This document shows, one piece after another, positions 27,659 through 33,750 of a stretch of DNA of 64,000 nucleotides (position 1 is the stretch's first letter; every line of letters starts with the position of its first letter). The notes under the pieces are model-generated. The model was not told where the DNA came from. It ran no database searches and was given only the letters and a program-made list of their open reading frames with translations. The stretch is from Clostridiales bacterium. Its GTDB lineage: Bacteria; Bacillota; Clostridia; Caldicoprobacterales; UBA3941. The translations under genes were made by a program, and so were the position numbers. Where the stretch lies: contig JAAYGY010000054.1 in assembly GCA_012735575.1 (NCBI GenBank), positions 3,109-67,108 of the forward strand. Direction: 5' to 3'.

Positions 27659-28045
27659 TTACTCGCCCCCCTTACCTTTCAAATCCTGAATCAGCCTTTC
27701 CAGTTCATCAAGGTCGTCATCAGTAATTTTTTCGGCTTCTACAAATCTAGCAATCATATGAGGTAAATTTCCGTAATACTTGCTAATTACACTGTTGGCC
27801 TTATCAGCAGCATATTCTTCCCTTGAAACAATAGGGTAGTAACTGTATGATCTCCTGTTTCCTTCTTTGACTCCTACCAGGCCTTTTTCCATAAGCCTAT
27901 TTAGGTATGTATTTACGGTTTGACGTGACCAGTTAAGTATATCCTTAACTTCCTTTTGAATTTTCATGCTGGTGGATACACCATCCCGCCATAGGATTTC
28001 CATGATAATGCTATCTGCCTCAGTTAAATCAGGATATTTACTCAT
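27659..28045 (-). CDS. BlaI/MecI/CopY-family winged-helix repressor (paralog B)
   Basis: 128 aa. LTEADSIIMEILWRDGVSTSMKIQKEV...WSRQTVNTYLNRLMEKGLVGVKEGNRRSYSYYP. The stop lies 1 nt before the blaR-B start. GGGGGG RBS. Confidence 0.85.
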   Translation of the reverse strand: MSKYPDLTEADSIIMEILWRDGVSTSMKIQKEVKDILNWSRQTVNTYLNRLMEKGLVGVKEGNRRSYSYYPIVSREEYAADKANSVISKYYGNLPHMIARFVEAEKITDDDLDELERLIQDLKGKGGE

Positions 28046-28068
28046 ATTAGTTGGCCCCCCTAAAAAAC

Positions 28069-28125
28069 TTTCGACGTAACACTTACGTCTATAATAAGAC
28101 TACAATATTACGTCGAAAATGTCAA
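28069..28125 (-). promoter_or_regulatory. Candidate promoter/operator region of the blaI-B/blaR-B pair
   Basis: Dyad GACGTAA-CAC-TTACGTC at 28073-28089. A third copy, TTACGTCGAAA (28108-28118), is the inverted repeat of TTTCGACGTAA (28069-28079). On the minus strand there is TTGACA (28125-28120), a 17-nt spacer containing the distal half-site, then a weak -10 TAGTCT. Confidence 0.5.
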
Positions 28126-28129
28126 GGGG

Positions 28130-29128
28130 TTATTTCTTTGGAAATAAGGATTTTCTCACAATCACCATGGTTTCCATATTAACGTTTTGCACCTTATCCC
28201 CTTTTATCTTTTTTAAAAGGAGTTCCATAACTTTTTTACCTAATTCATAATGGGGTACATGGACAGTGGTTAAAGGGGGTGTCAGATAACGGCTAAGATT
28301 TAGATTGTCAAATCCCACTACTGAAACATCATAAGGTATTTTCAGCATTAGATCATTGATAGCAGAATAAACAGCAGGGGCTAGGTAGTCATTGCCAGTA
28401 AAGATGGCAGTCGGCCGTTTATAGCGGGTTAGCATTTCTATGACGCTTGAATAGGCATAATCCGGAGTATCACCATCTATGTAGACAATATCCGGGTCAA
28501 ATTCAATACCATGATCTGATAATACCTTACGGTAGGCTTGTAATCTATAGTCTGGTTCCTTTGAAGACCTTAATCTTCTTGCAGTCAAAAAACCTATTCT
28601 TCGGTGACCGCTATTAACAACATATTCCAATAGCTTGACTGCTCCTGCATAAAGGTCCAGGTTCACCAATATAATTTCAGGATCAAACCCCTTATATCCT
28701 TCATTACCAACAAACACTGTTGGTATTCTATACCTTGTAAACCTATTAACATCCTCTATTGCTAGCTTATCTGTAGACATAACAATACCATCGAACTGAC
28801 GCTTGATAAGTTCATCAATATACTCTTTATCCTCCCGGGCATTTAAAATGGAGATAATGTAACCATTTTTAAAGGCCTCTTCCTCCATCCCTAAAGCCAG
28901 TTCTGCAAAATATGGGTTGGAAATACCGTTGGTAACCAGGGCTATCTGATTAGTTTCACGGGTCTTTAGACTTCTTGCCACTAAATTAGGTTTATACCCT
29001 AATTCATCGATAGCCTTCCAAACCAATTCTCTAACTTCCTTACTAACCCCTGGCTTGTTATTAATAACATTTGATACTGTTGCTACTGAAACATGTGCCC
29101 TTTTAGCCACGTCTTCTCTAGTTACCAT
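28130..29128 (-). CDS. LacI-family transcriptional regulator
   Basis: The N-terminal HTH is VTREDVAKRAHVSVATVSNVINNKPGVSKEVRELVWKAIDELGYKPNLVARSL. It is followed by a periplasmic-binding-protein-like effector domain. Confidence 0.9.
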   Translation of the reverse strand: MVTREDVAKRAHVSVATVSNVINNKPGVSKEVRELVWKAIDELGYKPNLVARSLKTRETNQIALVTNGISNPYFAELALGMEEEAFKNGYIISILNAREDKEYIDELIKRQFDGIVMSTDKLAIEDVNRFTRYRIPTVFVGNEGYKGFDPEIILVNLDLYAGAVKLLEYVVNSGHRRIGFLTARRLRSSKEPDYRLQAYRKVLSDHGIEFDPDIVYIDGDTPDYAYSSVIEMLTRYKRPTAIFTGNDYLAPAVYSAINDLMLKIPYDVSVVGFDNLNLSRYLTPPLTTVHVPHYELGKKVMELLLKKIKGDKVQNVNMETMVIVRKSLFPKK

Positions 29129-29221
29129 ATGCCCTCCTGTACTTTAAATATTTCCAATTAATTATATATCACAAGTTTTTGTCTTTCAAGGAATGCCTGA
29201 TAGATATAATCCGGCAAATAG

Positions 29222-29250
29222 AAATAAAAAAATCCGAGCTAAACTCGGAT
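29222..29250 (-). terminator. Rho-independent terminator ending the feo-linked operon
   Basis: On the minus strand: ATCCGAG-TTTAG-CTCGGAT followed by TTTTTTTATTT. It begins 3 nt after the stop at 29253. Confidence 0.7.
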
Positions 29251-29252
29251 AA

Positions 29253-29834
29253 TTATAAATGTTTCAAATAAGTCTTTTTAACTTTAAAACTACTTATCAT
29301 TAGAAGGGATAACAAAACTATAATAAAGGTATTCTCTAAATTTATGGTGCTTTGACTTACTAATTTCAATCTATACACCGTATCCAGTAAATGTTTTCCT
29401 CCCATGACCATCCCTGCTACAGTTATGGGGAGGCCTATTATATATCTTTCATCCGTTGAAATATTGTACCTTGCCAGCCTAAATATACCTCCACCTATAA
29501 ACAATAATGATACTGTAATTTCCCTTATTCCCAATAACCCGTTATTTATGTTCCACCACAATACAATGGGAGCCATTCCAAAGGATACCAGATCACTTAA
29601 AGAATCAAGTTCCCTACCGAATTTGCTAGTAATCCTCAGCTTTCTAGCCACATAACCATCCAGTTTGTCAGTAATCCCCGCTATTACAACTAATAAAGCA
29701 GCAATTTTAATATTAACAGGGGTATTGTTTGTACTTATAAAAATAGCTATTGCCCCTAAGGACATATTTACGTAGGTGATTGCACTGGGTAGTATATGCA
29801 GTTTTGACAATCTATCACATTCTAACCTCAACAT
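29253..29834 (-). CDS. CDP-alcohol phosphatidyltransferase, phosphatidylserine-synthase-like (PssA-like)
   Basis: Exact CDP-alcohol motif DKLDGYVARKLRITSKFGRELDSLSDLVSFGMAP (D-x2-DG-x2-AR-x8-G-x3-D-x3-D). The GRELDS..DLVSFG.AP context resembles Bacillus-type PssA rather than PgsA. I chose the start at 29834 (AAGGTGA RBS), which overlaps the upstream gene by 20 nt. Confidence 0.8.
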   Translation of the reverse strand: MLRLECDRLSKLHILPSAITYVNMSLGAIAIFISTNNTPVNIKIAALLVVIAGITDKLDGYVARKLRITSKFGRELDSLSDLVSFGMAPIVLWWNINNGLLGIREITVSLLFIGGGIFRLARYNISTDERYIIGLPITVAGMVMGGKHLLDTVYRLKLVSQSTINLENTFIIVLLSLLMISSFKVKKTYLKHL

Positions 29835-30834
29835 TATTATCACCTTTCCTGTCTCTTGCTAAAGCAAAGACATTATCCAGCATCAAAATAAAACCGCTTA
29901 TTACAAATTCAAACCAGAAAGTTACAAATCTAAAAATAAAAGCTACAGTTAACCCCATCTCCATAGATATTCCCCTAATAATTAGGAGAATCAACATGGA
30001 ACCTTCAAAACTACCTACACTACCCGGAAGCATAGGGACCATTCCCATTATATAAGTAAGAAAGGTTATAGCCCCTATGGATATATAGTCCATCTTTATA
30101 GCTAGCCCCCTCAAAACCAACAACAGCTTAAAAGCATAAAAAATCCAAATAAAAAGGGCAAGAAACATTTGAAAAGAGAATTTCCTCTTATCCCTTAAAA
30201 AATCTCTTATTATGCTACTGTAGTCTATAAGGGTTTTATCTATTTTGTCCATCAATCTGGTTTTACCTAAAAACTTTCTAAGTAGCTTATTAACCAAAGC
30301 GGGTTTAAAGGAAAACAAGATTATAATTCCTAAAAAAACAACAAACATAACTAAAACCAGAGAAAAGACATATAAATAATGCCTATATTTTATACTCATT
30401 GTAAAGCTAAACCAAATTAGGCTTAGCAGAGTCAAAAAAATAAAGCTAAGAAGACTTAGAGTTTTCTGTAGACCGATAATAATTATGGCTTTTCCAAAAT
30501 CTATCCTTAACCTTTTTTTCAGTTCATAGACCCTTGCCAACTCTCCACCGGCCTTTACCCCCGGGGTAATAGCATCTACCACGTTTCCTTTTGCATTCAT
30601 CATGAGCATGTCCAAAAAAGACACATTTTGTTTAACCCGTAGAGCCATCGACCTCCATTGCAGGGCTAAAAGAAGCTTTGTAATGCATTGCGCCAGCAGC
30701 AATAAGGCTATTGTTTTGGGGGATAGGGACCTGATATGGTCAGCTACCTCTTTCCAATCGGTTTTTATTATAATAAGTACTACTGCTATAGCACCCAGGG
30801 CATAAAGGAAACCCTTAAAATGTTTTTCTTTCAT
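29815..30834 (-). CDS. Flippase-like polytopic membrane protein (UPF0104 / lysyl-PG-synthase TM-region-like)
   Basis: ~8 TM segments. The N-terminus KGFLYALGAIAVVLIIIKTDWKEVADHIRSLSPKTIALLLLAQCITKLLLALQWR has the layout I associate with the MprF flippase-domain family. I chose the start at ATG 30834 (AGGTGA RBS); the GTG at 30843 is an alternative. Confidence 0.65.
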   Translation of the reverse strand: MKEKHFKGFLYALGAIAVVLIIIKTDWKEVADHIRSLSPKTIALLLLAQCITKLLLALQWRSMALRVKQNVSFLDMLMMNAKGNVVDAITPGVKAGGELARVYELKKRLRIDFGKAIIIIGLQKTLSLLSFIFLTLLSLIWFSFTMSIKYRHYLYVFSLVLVMFVVFLGIIILFSFKPALVNKLLRKFLGKTRLMDKIDKTLIDYSSIIRDFLRDKRKFSFQMFLALFIWIFYAFKLLLVLRGLAIKMDYISIGAITFLTYIMGMVPMLPGSVGSFEGSMLILLIIRGISMEMGLTVAFIFRFVTFWFEFVISGFILMLDNVFALARDRKGDNNVEVRM

Positions 30835-30844
30835 ATTAGTCACC

Positions 30845-31411
30845 TTAGATTTTTACCATAAGCAGAATTTCATCCATAGTTTTACCCCTGCTTTCTAATG
30901 AAAAACTACTAATTTCTATAGCTTTATCACTTATAAAGTCATCGCTTATGTTAGAATAAAGAGGTTTTAATATCTTTCTTGGCACCCTCACTATTATTCT
31001 ATTTCCTTCCCTTGACTTCTCCCATATATTTTCCAGTACCTCTTCTTTTGGACTTACCTGCTGGGCTATATGAATTACATCGTAAGGTTCTATGTCTATA
31101 TCCTGTCCTCTTGCATTAAATACAGTTATTTTTTCCTGTAAATTCAGTCTGGATACCACATTCCTGGCGGATTTTACAGCTTTGCTATCTATATCCACCA
31201 CATGAACCTGAGCCTTTGTTTGTTTCGCGATCTCTATAGCCGTTGAGGGAATAGATCCTCCCCCAATACATAATACCCTATCCCAGTTTCTTATATTGGC
31301 CAGGGCTATTTCATTTTTAACTATGCCCCTGTAGTAGAGGCAGTACAGTTCTACTAAGACATCATATTTTGAACAAATTTTTTCTATCCATTTTGTGCAT
31401 GTTCTTATCAT
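30845..31411 (-). CDS. Small Rossmann-fold SAM-binding protein, nicotianamine-synthase-like by motif pattern
   Basis: VLCIGGGSIPSTAIEIA (compare the NAS G-S-G-P-L-P-L-T loop), VHVVDIDSKAV, ITVFNARGQD, YDVIHIAQQV and RIIVRVPRKILKPLYSNISDD (compare the NAS ...R....G.R..LYP.V ending). 188 aa. It starts 6 nt after the feoB stop. Confidence 0.55.
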   Translation of the reverse strand: MIRTCTKWIEKICSKYDVLVELYCLYYRGIVKNEIALANIRNWDRVLCIGGGSIPSTAIEIAKQTKAQVHVVDIDSKAVKSARNVVSRLNLQEKITVFNARGQDIDIEPYDVIHIAQQVSPKEEVLENIWEKSREGNRIIVRVPRKILKPLYSNISDDFISDKAIEISSFSLESRGKTMDEILLMVKI

Positions 31412-31417
31412 TGTATC

Positions 31418-33178
31418 CTACCCCATCAATCCTAATATAAGGCGGCCAACTTGGTTAAATAATCCTCCGAATAAGAAGGCAGAAACGATGGTAATTAATG
31501 CAATAAACAGAGCTGTTTTTAAGGAGAACTCTTTCGTAAGCACGCCAAAAACCGATAAACAGGGTAAATAGAATAGGGCTACAATAGCTCCCACAGTTAG
31601 TTGTAATGTATTTAAATTCATTTCCAACATGGGAAGTACTGCCAGTTCCCTTCTAATTATCCCCAGCAATAGGGAAAGACTAGCTTCTTTTGGCAGCCCC
31701 AGCCATCCCTCGACAAAGGGACCTAGTAACTTACTGAATTCATTAAGTATGCCGGTTTCTGCAATAATTGCTGCCACAATTATACCGATAAACATAGCGC
31801 CTTCAGCATCCATCATGAAATGCTTCATTCTAAGTTTCAGTTTTTTCTTGTAGGCATCCTTATCCGGTAACAATAAATTAGGTACCTCTAATAGCATAGG
31901 CTGACTTTTACCTGGTATTATCCTGTCTAATATAACTCCTACTGCCAGCATTGCTAGTATGGATAAGAGGTAAACAAATATCAAAGCAAAAATAGATTTA
32001 TCTCCTAAAAGAGCAAAAAAGGCTCCGCTTTGAGAAGCACATGGAACAGCAAAGGAAACTAAAGCAGCTACCATTATCCTTTCTTTATTAGTATTTGCAG
32101 CTCTAGTACCTAAAATGGCAGGAACAGCACAGCCATAACCCAGCATCATGGGTATGATATTACCTCCCTGAATACCTATACGCCTAAGCACTCCATCTGC
32201 TAAAACGCCGATTCTGGGTAGGTACCCACTATCTTCTAAGAAAGAAAAGACAACATAGAATAAAAAGACATAAGGAAGGATAAGTGCAAAAGGCCATTCT
32301 ATACCAATGACCAAAATACCAAACTCTCCTACTAAAACATTTCTAAATATGCCTGCAGGTATTACCAAGGATATTATCTTAGTAAGAAAGGGCACAATAA
32401 CCTGCTTGACCAAGGGTAAAAGGACTACAGCTCTTAAAGCTTTCCCGCCCCCTACTACTACTCCCAAAGAAGCAATGAGCACCAATATTGCAATAGGTAT
32501 TCCAGGCCAGGGTTGTATAGTCCAGTCTTCTAATTTTTCAATAAAGGTAAGCTCCTTATCAACCTGGGCTTGAACTTTACTGACTATCTCCTTTATCCTG
32601 TTCCATTTTTCTTCCTCATCTAATTTTGGCTCAGAATCTTTTCTCTCTTTTGACAGCTTAACAGCCGTCTGCATTAGCTCCCGCAGACCCTGATTTTTAA
32701 TGGCTACAGTTGGAATTACGGGACTGCCCAGTTCCTCAGCCAACTTTTCTGCATCAATCTTAATACCTTGTCTTTCAGCAACATCCATTAGGTTTAGGCA
32801 GTATATTATAGGAATAGGATATTCCTTTAATTCAAATGCCAAGCCTAGATTTCGTTCTAAATGGGTAGCATCCAGTACACAAATGACAACATCTGCGCCT
32901 TCTTCCAGTAAAGCAACAGCAACTTTCTCTGCTTCCGATGTAGCCTCCAGGGAATATGTACCGGGCACATCTATCATTACACCCTGTTGCTTACCAAAAT
33001 TAATATCGCCTATGGTGTAATCCACTGTAGTTCCTGTATAATTTGAACTATCTACATGAACACCTGTGAGTTTTGAGAATACTACACTCTTACCCACGTT
33101 GGGATTTCCCATAAGCAATATTTTCATTTTATTATTACCGGGTTTCACCTGAGCAGCAGCGTCTCCATGACAATTCAA
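31418..33178 (-). CDS. feoB: Ferrous iron transporter FeoB
   Basis: The G-domain is MKILLMGNPNVGKSVVFSKLTG...DVPGTYSL...LNLMD. It is followed by a polytopic membrane domain. The TTG start at 33178 overlaps the feoA stop, with a GAGGAGG RBS inside the feoA 3-prime end. The ATG at 33127 is the alternative start. Confidence 0.9.
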   Translation of the reverse strand: MNCHGDAAAQVKPGNNKMKILLMGNPNVGKSVVFSKLTGVHVDSSNYTGTTVDYTIGDINFGKQQGVMIDVPGTYSLEATSEAEKVAVALLEEGADVVICVLDATHLERNLGLAFELKEYPIPIIYCLNLMDVAERQGIKIDAEKLAEELGSPVIPTVAIKNQGLRELMQTAVKLSKERKDSEPKLDEEEKWNRIKEIVSKVQAQVDKELTFIEKLEDWTIQPWPGIPIAILVLIASLGVVVGGGKALRAVVLLPLVKQVIVPFLTKIISLVIPAGIFRNVLVGEFGILVIGIEWPFALILPYVFLFYVVFSFLEDSGYLPRIGVLADGVLRRIGIQGGNIIPMMLGYGCAVPAILGTRAANTNKERIMVAALVSFAVPCASQSGAFFALLGDKSIFALIFVYLLSILAMLAVGVILDRIIPGKSQPMLLEVPNLLLPDKDAYKKKLKLRMKHFMMDAEGAMFIGIIVAAIIAETGILNEFSKLLGPFVEGWLGLPKEASLSLLLGIIRRELAVLPMLEMNLNTLQLTVGAIVALFYLPCLSVFGVLTKEFSLKTALFIALITIVSAFLFGGLFNQVGRLILGLMG

Positions 33179-33396
33179 TTTTGTACAACCTCCTCAACCA
33201 GAATCTCATTTGCAATATCATAATCAATGGCTATGCTTCTATTACCAACCTTGACTACTATAGGCCCCTTAAAAGGTTGTTTACTTTGAATTGTAAACTG
33301 TGTCCCCTTTCTGAAACCCAGAACTTTTAATAAATGTGAACTAGGTAATGCTTGAATTCTATAGGTGGATAATTTTTCTCCATGTGCTAAAGGCAT
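33175..33396 (-). CDS. feoA: FeoA family protein
   Basis: 73-aa SH3-like protein. RIQALPSSHLLKVLGFRKGTQFTIQSKQPFKGPIVVKVGNRSIAIDYDIANEILV. GAGGAGGA RBS. Confidence 0.85.
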   Translation of the reverse strand: MPLAHGEKLSTYRIQALPSSHLLKVLGFRKGTQFTIQSKQPFKGPIVVKVGNRSIAIDYDIANEILVEEVVQN

Positions 33397-33423
33397 TATG
33401 ATCCTCCTCTTGTATAATCAATA

Positions 33424-33440
33424 TTGATAATCATTATCAA
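33424..33440. promoter_or_regulatory. Fur box upstream of feoA
   Basis: TTGATAATCATTATCAA is a perfect palindrome that contains the 7-1-7 Fur consensus TGATAAT-N-ATTATCA exactly. It lies 28 nt upstream of the feoA ATG. The -10 candidates TATACT and TATTAT abut it on the minus strand. Confidence 0.75.
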
Positions 33441-33650
33441 CTATAATATAGTATAGCATAGATTTTTATATTTCTCCATAGCTTTGTGAAAATTTTATTT
33501 AAAATACACAATTTAACCTGTTCCGCCAGTTCGGCCTTTAAATCTTTATTCATATAATGGCTGTTGACAAGTGATCGCCTTCGCTGATTTGGCTTTAGAA
33601 AACTTGGCTTATGGAATGCAAAAAAACCGTAGCCTAGGCAGGATACCAAA

Positions 33651-33680
33651 GGGAAAATGGCTTAACTGATCCATTTTCCC
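33651..33680 (-). terminator. Rho-independent terminator after the heterodimeric ABC exporter genes
   Basis: The 10-bp arms gggaaaatgg / ccattttccc flank a 10-nt loop. On the minus strand the hairpin is followed by TTTGG. It lies 70 nt downstream of the stop at 33751. Confidence 0.55.
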
Positions 33681-33750
33681 CTTACTCAATCCCTAATCAC
33701 ACTTATTGCATTTTTGTTCACTATTTTTATAATTACAAGTATATCAAGTA

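Noticed and set aside
28130-29128. The LacI regulator as part of either neighbouring system (feo-lipid operon or BlaI/BlaR pair B).
   Set aside because: It is separated from the feo-linked operon by a clear terminator and has its own ~120-nt upstream region. It has no sugar-catabolic neighbours, and there is no evidence for functional linkage. I treated it as an orphan regulator.
33437-33649. 70-aa minus-strand ORF between feoA and the ABC exporter.
   Set aside because: It overlaps the Fur box and promoter region of feoA, has no RBS and has no recognisable protein features. The region is better explained as promoter plus the terminator at 33651-33680.
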